DNA from: Ramazzottius varieornatus | Lineage: Eukaryota > Animalia > Tardigrada | Length of the DNA: 64,000 nucleotides | Assembly: GCA_001949185.1 (NCBI GenBank) | Contig: BDGG01000015.1 | Coordinates: forward strand, 439,036-503,035 | Direction of reading: 5' to 3' | In this document: positions 54,588 through 64,000 of the stretch, piece by piece | Layout: each line of letters opens with the position of its first letter | Position numbering within the stretch: position 1 is the stretch's first letter | The notes under the pieces: model-generated | What the model was told of the DNA's origin: nothing | The model's database searches: none | The model's input: only the letters and a program-made list of their open reading frames with translations | Program-made: the position numbers and the translations under genes

Positions 54588-55953
54588 CTATCTCAACATG
54601 AAGCCCTTTCCTGGTTCGCTGGGAGTTCCGTAGACTGGCGGTTGTGTCGGTTTCAAGTCGGCTCCTCCGGTAAAGGAAACTGGCAGGGGATCGGTGTTAG
54701 AAGGGAAGTAGTACCTGGTGGCGTTGGGCTGAAACTTCTCAATGTTCCACCACTTGTTGCCGTAGTCTCGCCACCACAAGCTGGGCGTCACGATCCGGTT
54801 CTTGCGGATCAGATCAGGATTGCTGTGGAAGTTGAAGTTCCCATGCATGCCTGTCCTCTTGAGGTACCCACCAATTCCGAAAAAAATCATGACGATGCTG
54901 CCATGTGCGACGCTTTTCATGACTGCAATGCAGAAAATCCCTGACATTATTGTATCAGAGTGAAAAGGACCTCAGCAAACGAGTTTTGCCAGATCGTTAC
55001 TGGAAGTGGTGCAAGCTCTCAGCCAACGACACTGAGAACGTCCGTCACTTCGGAAAACAAACTGGACAAGATCGTTTCTCTCAAGCAAGTGGCGCACGCT
55101 CCCAGCTAACAACACTAGAAGCACGCGCCACTTGAAATAACGATCTGGGTGCCATCATTTGAGGACGTTTGGAGTTATCGCTGATCTCCACTTCCCAACC
55201 TCATAGTTTACTTTTCATTGCCCCATGGCTGGAAAACAGACTCCCCGTCTGTCTTCCTTGATGTAATTCGGTTAGTTACGAATACAGTATTGTGCTGTGT
55301 CAGCCTACTTACTGAGGGCTCCAAAAACTGCGCCAGCTGCAAGGCCTCCCACCGTGTAGTTCCAATCATCTTCTTTCTTTCTTAACGCGGAAGACATGCA
55401 GGCAACCGCTCCGAAGGTGGCTCCCACGGCAGCTGGTAACGAGACACAACGATTGCTATGGTTTGGAATATTTAGAGAAATCAAACTGACAGACAGTGTG
55501 TACCTGCGGGAAAAGCGCTGTGTGTCAGTGCGCGAAGGATGACTCCGGTGGCTCTTGGTCCTCCAGCAATCAGGTGCCTGTTAAACCAAGCTTCGACGAG
55601 ACCCCATCCACAACCTAGAAGTCAAGCGAGTAAAACTCCAGCAGGAATGAGACGCATGAATAGTGTCTTTTCAAAGTGGTTTGCTGGCCTGATTCTGCGA
55701 CGTATCCCATTCCATCAGACGATCCACTCACCTCCCGTAAACAACCATTTTGACATGTAGAACGTCTTGTGGAAACAATCCTCTCCCTCTGGAGTATCGT
55801 AGTACCTGCAAGGAGGAGAATAGCATCAGGGGAGGGGATAGAAGAAGAATGCTCCCAGCGAGGTACGAGTCGTCGAGTTCAAGTGTCGAGAAGATGGACA
55901 ATAATGAGTAGACGTGCTCACCTATACCACCAAAAATTCCGGACAATGCCCAT
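54588..55953 (-). CDS. NDUFA11: NADH dehydrogenase 1 alpha subcomplex subunit 11 (Tim17 family)
   Basis: Five exons: RYYDTPEGEDCFHK, AAVGATFGAVACMSSALRKKEDDWNYTVGGLAAGAVFGA. Confidence 0.85.
54991..55146. repeat. 73-bp dyad element, dimer, NDUFA11 intron
   Basis: CCAGATCGTT..AACGATCTGG ends; inner arms 55006/55042 and 55089/55125, spacers 29. Confidence 0.9.
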
Positions 55954-56189
55954 ACTGGCCACCAGATATCTTGAGGCAAAGCAATGGAGCACAGTCCAGA
56001 ACTCCTGCTGCGCAAAGATCGGATAACAAATCGGCTGGAAGGAACTTCAAAGCTAAGAAGGGAGTTCTGTAAGTTCGGTTATTTGGCACACTACGTCACG
56101 AAAAAACATTCGCCGCGGGTGGCCCCAGAACCTCAATTCACCGCCCTTTGGCCCTGGGCACCATGTGTAAATTGATGTGTAAGATGGAA

Positions 56190-56725
56190 CTTACTAGGGG
56201 ATTTTTCCAATCTTGTGCCTGCGATTCTCAAACCGCCATTGCAGGTCGATAAAGAAGAGTTTTTTCTATCGTTTGAGCCGAAAATCCAGTCATCATTCCG
56301 TTCCTGGAATAAACTTCAGGGTTCAGAAGTGATAGTCACATTGACCGCTAAAGCGCGCCGCGATGACGTAAAAGATTTTCTTGATTGCCACTTTGATTGA
56401 CCACAAAGCGATCAGGTGATCGCCCGTACTGTGGACTGTGCAGCGGACGGCTTGCTCTTGTGTGTTTCTAGCATGTTCAGGCGTGTTGTGAGGTGCAAAG
56501 ACAACAGTACAGGCGATCAGCTGATGGTTTGCGCTTAATCAAAGTGGCAATCAAGAATTTTTTACGTCATCACGGCGCACTTTAGCGGTCAATGTGACTA
56601 TCGCTTCCGAACCCTTCAGTTTATTCCAGGAACGGAATGATGACTGGGTTTTCGGCTCAAACGATAGAAAAAACTCCGCGTCATCGACGTGTCGGTTTGA
56701 GGCGGATCGGAAAAGTCCCCTTGTT
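56190..56725. mobile_element. Long foldback element / MITE
   Basis: About 175-bp high-identity inverted arms at 56257-56432 and ~56504-56676, with more diverged extensions. Confidence 0.85.
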
Positions 56726-57714
56726 AAATGGAATCGTCCAAGTATTACGAAAGACAAGATCAGAGGCGCCGAATGGACCGCCCTATCGATGCAAATCAAT
56801 CGATGCTGCTCTGATCCATTCGGTGTGCCGAATCTTACGTAATACTTGAATGTTCCCAATTGGGCCTTGCCGCCGTTGCCGGACCTTGCGCAGTTACGTA
56901 CACTTGCCCTTCTTCGGAATGTCAGCAGGGTCAGGGTGGCCCCAGAAATTTCGAGCGGTCCGAGGAACGATTACCTGAATGCTGCATGGAAGATCTGGAT
57001 TTTTCGAATTCTTTCTTCTGAGTTCTAAATCTTGCCGGACGACCAGCCACCGACGTTTCAGTACGTACTTTGGGAAATCGTGTCTTTTTGAGAGGCGGAG
57101 TTGCAAGGTTTATTCTGACTTCAGGATGTACGAGAGAAAAAACGCATCTGCGGGCCTTGCGTTCCCGACCTGACAGTGAAGTACAAGATGGACAACTTCG
57201 AGGTGGAAGTGCCAGGACTGTACGTTGCATCCCGCGGAATGATATTTAAATTTTTTGTCGAATGTTTTACGAAGTTTTGCTTCCTAAGGACTTGATGAAT
57301 CAAGTTGTGATCTCCGTACTCAAAGGATCTTGTTCTGTTTTGCACAAGCATTTGTAGTCCAAAACTTTTACCCAGGCTGTTTTGGGTTCCGGTTCTCCGC
57401 GTACCAACAGAAAGGCTCTCCGAGTGATGGTAAAAACTGGTCGAATGTTCCTTCTTGTTTCATAATTCCTTTTACACTAAACTTTCAATTAAGTTGCTCA
57501 TTCATCCAGAATCTTGAGATCACAATTTCATTTCAGTCAAAATTTTTACTGACGATGTTATTCCGTTGAGAAACTAATTTTATTCCGAAAAGGATTTCGT
57601 GCTAAATATTCTGTTTGCCCCTGTTTTAAAGTTATGGTCGTTCTGGACGAACACACAGACACAGACGAAAACTAAAGTGAATGGCTGCTTTCCATCGATG
57701 CAGTACAAAGCCAG

Positions 57715-58533
57715 CTAGGCGAGAGCAAAAAGTCGGACTTCGTATAGGTTTTTAGGGAAATTAGTCTGCTTGGCGTCTTGTAAAACAGTCAGTCCAGCTT
57801 CCTTGAACAAGCTCAGAAATCGGTCGTGCGGTCTCGTCACGCTATTGTCCACTTCATCAAACTCATCTTCCGCTTTGGACATGTTCTCTTTAACGAATAT
57901 CACAGCGTTCGACGAGGATATGAGTGCAGCTTTGAGTCTCATCATCACGGCGATGAAATCTTCGTCACGAAGATGAGGGAGAACCCACTGAATCCATATG
58001 CAGTTGTAGGTTTCAGGCTCTGGATAAAAGTCTTGAAGCTTTGTACAAAACTTCTTCTCGACTTTCTTGGACGCTTCAGGGCCAAGGTACTTCTCGGAAG
58101 CTGAAAAATAAAAGCGTTAGCCCAGCTTTGCCGAGCGAACTGGGCTCTGGGTAATGCGAGACTGCAGCAAAGCTGCTCAACAAGCGCATGACGTCAAGAA
58201 GCTATATGTGAAGGCTCACATGTCCGTGACGTAATCGCGTCACTCAACATGTGTAAGCTTACCGTCTACAAAATGTTGATCTGCTTCCAGCATGTGGATC
58301 CTTCCGAAGTGTTTGGCAAGCAGATGTTTTGTCACCCGTCCAATACCAGCTCCGACGTCCAGGACGAATCCATTTTCTATCGGATTCCGTTTCAGAAATT
58401 TTGAAAGTATTCGGTCAGAAAAAGATGTGTCGGCTCCAGACACTCTCGACAATCCACCGAGCATTCCGTCCACGGTGGCTGGAATATGTGACCAGTATTC
58501 CGAAGCTTTCTGATAGCATTCTGAATCGTCCAT
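57715..58533 (-). CDS. NTMT1: Alpha-N-terminal protein methyltransferase 1
   Basis: Exons 58533-58263 and 58100-57715: YWSHIPATVDGMLGG, LDVGAGIGRVTK, IWIQWV..HL.D, VKEN, DEVDNSVTR, QTNFPK.LY.V..FAL. Confidence 0.95.
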
Positions 58534-59119
58534 AACGGTGTTGGGAAGCGAAATCTTCGAAGAGAACAGATGAATGGAATCCGGATTTTTTCTGAATCTC
58601 TCGCTGAGCAAAGTTACAAAAGCAGAGAGAAACTGGCTCGCAGCTCGCAAGGAAAATTAATTCTGGCCAAGTCCGTCAGCAGTGCACCTCTGGTTGATTG
58701 TTGATCCCATCTGATCAAGCTTTCCATGTGGTTGGCGTTTCTCGGATCAGCTGATTGCAGGACAAAAAACCCGCCCACTATTACCGCAGCCGTCAGATTC
58801 ATCGATAGATTGTAAGATTGATTGACTGGTAGTGGAACCTGTGCTTGAAATGCGTGGACCAATCAGGAAATTGAATCGGATAGAGAACAATTTTGGTCAA
58901 AGCAGGTCAAAGTAATAAATTTTTATAGTTTATTTAATTATTTTCTTCCGGATTTTTCCGTGGAATGAAGTTCCAGACATTTCTCGTAAGAAGTACTCAC
59001 GATCCCCGGAACTCTTTTTTTCTGGACATTCTTTGTTTCGGAAATCCGAAAGAACTGTGGACCGTCGAAGCGGGAAGGAGGAACAGTGCGGACGGAACGG
59101 TTCTCGCCATCTTCGAAGA
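58534..59119. promoter_or_regulatory. Head-to-head intergenic region of NTMT1 and SARAF (putative bidirectional promoter)
   Basis: Divergent ATGs 586 bp apart; CCAATCAG near 58859. Confidence 0.45.
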
Positions 59120-60473
59120 ATGACACCCGAAAGGAGCATCGTCATTCTACTCGTCGCGCTGACTGCCGTCTTGGCTTTCGGACAAAGCTTCGGTACGCAC
59201 CACGTAGTCTTTAATAAAAGTATCACTAGCTGAGCAGAAAGTGATCGTGTGTCTTTGATGCAGGACGGAACAGCGCAGATCGTGTTCGCCTCTCCGACGT
59301 CCAAACCCTGACTCTTCATAAAGACCAAATGACGACGGGTCGTCGCTCTCGGCCAGTGCAACAACTGTCCTGTGTTGGAGGAACAGGCTGTAAAGTGTTT
59401 AATCCGGCTGTGGTCCAGTGTTACAATCGAGGATCTGACGGCGTCGATGTGCAATGGGAATGTAAAGCAGGTACCAGAAATGAGTCTCGCTTCCGGTTCC
59501 TGGAATAAATTCTTAGAATTTTTTAGTGTTTCAGACATGGACAAATCTCTTCGCTTCGGCCAGATCGAGATCATCTGCGAAGGATATGACAGTCCAGACG
59601 ACCCGTTTATCCTGAAAGGCAGCTGTGGGGTGAGTTACGAGCTCGACAACCAAACTCGATGAGGACGTTTTTTCATGTCGCGCACGCTTTTAGCCTAGTA
59701 CACTGGAAACGTGTGCCGCCTGCAAAAAGATGTGGTTAGATTCGTTGGCCGAGCTTCTGATTCCAGAATTCAACCTTTTTTTACCGTAATTTTGCGGCAC
59801 AGGAAGATCTCGATTTGCATAATTTACGTACTAGAGCATCTCTTTGTTTTTGCAGTTGGAATATTCTCTCGAGTATACGGACGAAGGTAACCGTCACGAC
59901 TACGGCAACTACCACGACCAGCACACCTACAAGAAGACTCCCTCAGACAAAGTCCCAGCTTTCGTCGGCTGGATCATCGTCGCTGGTATCGCTTGGTTCG
60001 TCTGGACCATCTACAAGAACTGCGTCCGTCAGAACCAGTATTGTCGCACTAACTCGGACCGACCAGAAGGTCCCGACACTCGGGGTTTCGGCACGGGAAC
60101 CAGTGGTGGCAGTGCCCGTCACGATCCCCCGCCACCCTACTCGTCCTTCGACAGTTCGTTCTACCCTGGAGACACGTGTGGCGGCACGAGAACACAATTA
60201 CCGCCCCGAGCGGCTGGTGATGCTGCCCAAGGTCCGGGCTTCTGGAGTGGCTTGGCAGCTGGTGGCGGTTTAGGGTATCTGTTTGGCCGACGCAACACTG
60301 GGTACACTGGTGGTAGTATGTTCGGCGGAGGTGGGTATTCGCGTGGACCGCCGTACAACCAAGGGTATTCTTCGGGCTCGAGTTGGGGAAATGCATCGTC
60401 GTCGAGTTTGTTCGGGGGATCGTCGGGTGGAACAAGATCGGCCTCCGGCTTTGGTGGTACAAGACGTCGGTAG
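59120..60473 (+). CDS. SARAF: Store-operated calcium entry-associated regulatory factor (TMEM66)
   Basis: Four exons: LSDVQTLTL..MTTGRRSRPVQQLSCVGG, VQCYNRGSDGVDVQWECKA, CEGYDSPDDPFILKGSCGLEY, TM, PPPPY, GPGFWSG, SGFGGTRRR. Confidence 0.97.
59662..59734. repeat. 73-bp dyad element, degenerate monomer, SARAF intron 3
   Basis: GTCGCGC at 59677 / GTGCCGC at 59713, spacer 29 with the family-type spacer sequence. Confidence 0.65.
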
Positions 60474-60784
60474 ATAGATAACGGAGACTTAATACTTTTT
60501 GTAATCGTAGAAAGCGTTGAAATCGTAATCGTTTTACGTTTTCTTTCGGATTATTAATCACTTTTTCTAGTCTCCATTTCTTTCTGAAGTTTTCTTGGCC
60601 TTTGATGGATGTTGCATCCGTGACTTGTGTTGGATCTGTTTGTGCAATATTTTACTCGCTGCTTATTTTTGTGTTAGGAGTGAGCTCGCCTGTAGCATGC
60701 GAACATTGAAATTATGTAGTGTAAACAGTGTTCGACAGGTAAACAGTTCCTGACTTTATTCGGCGCACCGCATCCTGGCTCGTT

Positions 60785-61087
60785 TTGGTGAGCTATGTGG
60801 AAGCGAGTGAGCTGTTCATCCGCCGAACACAGAGAGAGAAACGTTGTGGAAGAAAACAGGGAAGATTTGATTTTCTCATGGTCGGAGCTTTTCTCATGTG
60901 GCTCGTCTGGTTCGTCTTCCAGAAAGCCGTCCAGTTCGTCTTCCATCTCATTCCTTCGTACGATCGGTGTGAGTCGATCTCGACAAGTTCCTTCCAGACC
61001 TGCTCGGTGTCGTCCTCGCGATCGTTTGGAGGAGGTTCCTGTGGAAGCCGAACAGCTTCGGGCTTTAGCGGTGTGCGACTTCGTTGA
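60785..61087 (+). pseudogene. Truncated SARAF-like duplicate (TM plus extreme C-terminus)
   Basis: FLMVGAFLMWLVWFVFQK (TM) and SSSRSFGGGSCGSRTASGFSGVRLR* parallel SARAF IAWFVWTIYK and SSSSLFGGSSGGTRSASGFGGTRRR*. Confidence 0.6.
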
Positions 61088-62159
61088 GCCAATTACTGTA
61101 CTTCTTGACTGAGCTTTGTAGGTATCTGAGGAGCCTTTGGTTGTATTTCCTTTGGTTTCGGGCTTTCCTTTCCGTAAGTAATTGACTGGGTCCTACTTGT
61201 GAGTTTGATGGATGTGGCCAGGCTTGCCGTAAAATTTCTTCCGCTTGCTTTTCTCTGACTTGTTACCAAAATGTTTTTCCATTTCGGTTAAGAGACTTCC
61301 CTGCGGTTTCGGAAAAGGAAACTGTATTCTTTTAGTAGAATCTCCGAGTAATATTACTCACCGAAAATATTATTGCTTCGTTTTCGGTCAGTTCTCTAGA
61401 GTGGGATGGACTTCCCTGGGGTCAGAAGCGCCGCACCGATTCATTGCAATGACTTTCCCTTACTGTACTGTACTGCCAGACTTACATAGAAGTTGTTTGC
61501 TGGGTTTCTATCAGATACTTCGTGTGGTTTACCGTCTATTGGTCAGTTGGAGTCGACTGAGACAAAACTGAAGCAGCATTCTTGGTCAAAGCCGATATCT
61601 CTCAACCTCCGGGTTTCAGTCTTCACATGTCGCGCAGCATGAAAGTGCGGACACCCGGTATCAGGCGCAGAGTGATCGGAAGCATGGTTCGCAGAGGTGG
61701 CGGTAGCGGTGATTACTGCACTGTTGTTTCATCGATCACAGGCGAGACGGTGTCTGTATACGACCGCTTAGAGCAAATCGCTCAGGTCGAGGCAAGCTGT
61801 TGGCAGCCGAAGCCGTCGTAAGCAGACTGGGCGAGAAAGGCCGACAGCCAGACTCGACGACGCAGACCGTACGCATGCCGCATGATAAGCTGGAAATAGG
61901 GCCAGGCGCCCAGCAAGGCTGGCCCTGCCCACGAAGGCTGCAGTGCTGGCTGCACTTCGCTCGCAACGTGCTTTCTGACTGCCACCGATGTAATCATCGG
62001 CTTGCCGTGCCAACGCGTTTATTCGCCTGCTAACATTCCGTCAGATGACGAGGCCCAGTTTGGATTTTCTTTGCAGTTTGTAGTCACCCCCGTTTCTCGG
62101 CTGGAAATTTCCTGACAGTGTCTTACTACTCTGTTGTTTTTGTTTTCAGAGCTTCCATC

Positions 62160-64000
62160 ATGCCTCAGACGAAGCAAAAGGTGAAGCTGGAGGAGAAGAA
62201 CCAGAAGATGGTGAATGGCACAGCGGAGAGCGCCGAGGAGAGGCAGATTTTGGACTGGTCGCTTTCCGACGTCAAGGAGTTGCTATCCAAGATGCAAGCA
62301 GCCCTACCTCGTAACGATCGTGTGAGCTTCGCTAAACGTGTCACGAAGCTGAAATGGGAGGAAATCACAGCTGGAGAACACTCGGCGGAAGAATGTCGAG
62401 CACAGTGGGACAAGATCGTTAAAAATGTGAGTGAGCCATAGCGGGAAAATGTTGCATACAACTTGACGGCGCGCCAAATTTAGTCCTTGGACCAGGGTAT
62501 GCTGGACCATAGGGACAATTGGTCAAGCTGTCTTCCTTTCGCGCAGCTCGAATTTTATCTTCCTTTGCACATTTTAGGTTCGGACGTTCCGAAATCTCTC
62601 CGAGATTTTGCAGGATGCAATGACGTGGGTGAATGATCCACAAAGTAGCGTCATACCGAAAGAGGTGAGCTTTGTTCTTTTGTACAGCGTGGCTCACGAC
62701 AGGATTTAATGAAATTCGGACGCCTTTGCTGTGAGTGTGGCATGACGTCAAGCATATTCACCGCTCGGTGGCTGTTTTCCGTTATTTGGACGTTGGCCGT
62801 GTTGTCATAAAGCGTTATGTGATGGCCCCAATGGTTTTTCGTTTCAGACTTTTCCAGACTATCCCAAAATGCCGCTGGCTCAGTTCATGAAATATAAAAA
62901 CAAGATCTACGGAAAGCTAAAAGCAAAGTATCCAGAACTGGATGTTGCGGGACTGAATCAGAAGATTAGAAAGCGTTTCGAGAAACTATCGGAGGAAGAA
63001 AAGGTCTTTTTAATCCTAAGCGCATTAGCCTTGTGAAATTTTGAGCCGTTGGCTTTTCTTTCAGAATCAAATGAACGAAGAGTACAAAGCAGAAATGGAC
63101 GAGTACCATCGTCAACTGGAGATCTTCAGGAAGAACCATCCTGAGTACGCGGTCCAGCCAAAAGGCTCAAAGGGACATGGGAACGTCAACGGTAAACGAA
63201 CGAGAGGTCCCAGAAAGTTGCGTGGACCGGACCTCCCCAAAACTCCTTTTGACATGTACTTCCAAAGCCGAGCAACAGACGTCGAGCCGGAAGTAAGTCC
63301 TTGTTTGGATCGGATAATCTGTTAAGAATTCGTTTCCAAGTTTCAGCCAGTAACATCGAAAATGTGCGGCACTTGGGCAAACAATCACACTGGACCAGAT
63401 CGGTCTCATCAAGTGGCGCACTGTTCCAGCTAGTGGTACCGAAATAGTGCGTCAGTGTGGTGAACCATCTTTTCGACTTTGTCTGCTGTGGTCCATGTAA
63501 CGAACGTGGACTGTTGGCTATTGTAGACGGATACGAAAGCCCTGAAAGAGACGTTAAAGGCGAAATGGGATGGAATGAGTGACAAGCGAAAGACCAAGTA
63601 CATCGAGCAGGCTATAGCAGACCAGAAGCGCTACAAGGAAGAACTGGCCAAGTTTTCAGAAGAGCATCCAGAATTTGTTGTCAAGAGGCTCAAGCCGCGA
63701 GTTACTAAAGCTGATAACAAGGTTCTTTCGGAGACATACGGGCGACCAAAGATGCCAGCCGGTCAGAATGGCTACTCTACGTTCTGCGCTGAATACCATC
63801 AGCAACATGGCAATGAACCTCGTGCCGAAGGAAACAAGTCGTGGATGAAAGACGCTGCTGATGCCTGGAAAGCTTTGTCGAATGAAGAGAAGAGTGAATA
63901 TCAAACCAGGATCAAGAAGGTAACGTTCCTCAAATCTTCTTGGGACATCGCCAAACACACTGGAGCAGATTTGTTTCTCCAGACCGCGCACGCTTCCAGC
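62160..64000 (+). CDS. UBTF: Upstream binding factor (nucleolar transcription factor 1)-like multi-HMG-box protein, runs off window
   Basis: N-terminal UBF dimerisation-type domain WSLSDVKELLSKMQAALPRND..WEEI..HSAEECRAQW..VRTFRNLSEILQDA, then HMG boxes (PDYPKMPL, PDLPKTPF, GRPKMPAGQNGY). Confidence 0.85.
63327..63470. repeat. 73-bp dyad element, dimer, UBTF intron
   Basis: First unit lacks the left inner arm; second unit 63413/63449, spacer 29. Confidence 0.8.
63968..64000. repeat. Start of another dyad element in a UBTF intron (cut by window end)
   Basis: CTGGAGCAGATTTGTT..CCGCGCACGCTTCCAGC matches the linker, left arm and spacer start. Confidence 0.5.

Noticed and set aside
56215-56859. 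Similar ORFs EFFLSFEPK..SFRSWNKL on opposite strands
   Set aside because: Translations of the foldback arms.
61582-62033. GC-rich short ORFs upstream of UBTF
   Set aside because: No family recognised; probably UBTF 5' UTR or intron.

Overview
Eukaryotic (invertebrate) genomic DNA with short spliceosomal introns, not prokaryotic. The compact gene style and gene families are tardigrade-like, but that is inference. The window has three zones. (1) 1-12.3 kb, intact genes: 3' end of an NAAA/acid-ceramidase-like gene, three tandem single-pass membrane proteins each with two PY (L/PPxY) motifs, an MS4A-like four-TM protein, and an alpha-carbonic anhydrase whose introns hold three MITEs. (2) About 13-37 kb, decayed: a Ngaro/DIRS-type tyrosine-recombinase retrotransposon, a Helitron, pseudogenes of an AIG1-like GTPase, a carbonic anhydrase, an LCAT/PLA2G15-like lipase, a GPCR and an F-box protein, the last split by an intron-containing pogo/Tigger transposon. 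(3) 38.7-64 kb, gene-dense: two CUB-like membrane paralogues, a CDKL kinase, three secreted low-complexity proteins, NDUFA11, NTMT1, SARAF plus a truncated SARAF-like copy, and UBF/UBTF. The strongest unexplained signal is a 73-bp dyad element, AGATCGTT-N7-GTGGCGC-N29-GCGCCAC-N7-AACGATCT. I count 17 complete and 2 partial copies, almost all intronic, in 8 of the 9 genes between 42 and 64 kb, and none before 36.8 kb. The spacer sequences are highly diverged, yet the 29-bp spacer length holds in 16 of 17 copies. Exon boundaries were read by eye and may be off by a few bases.
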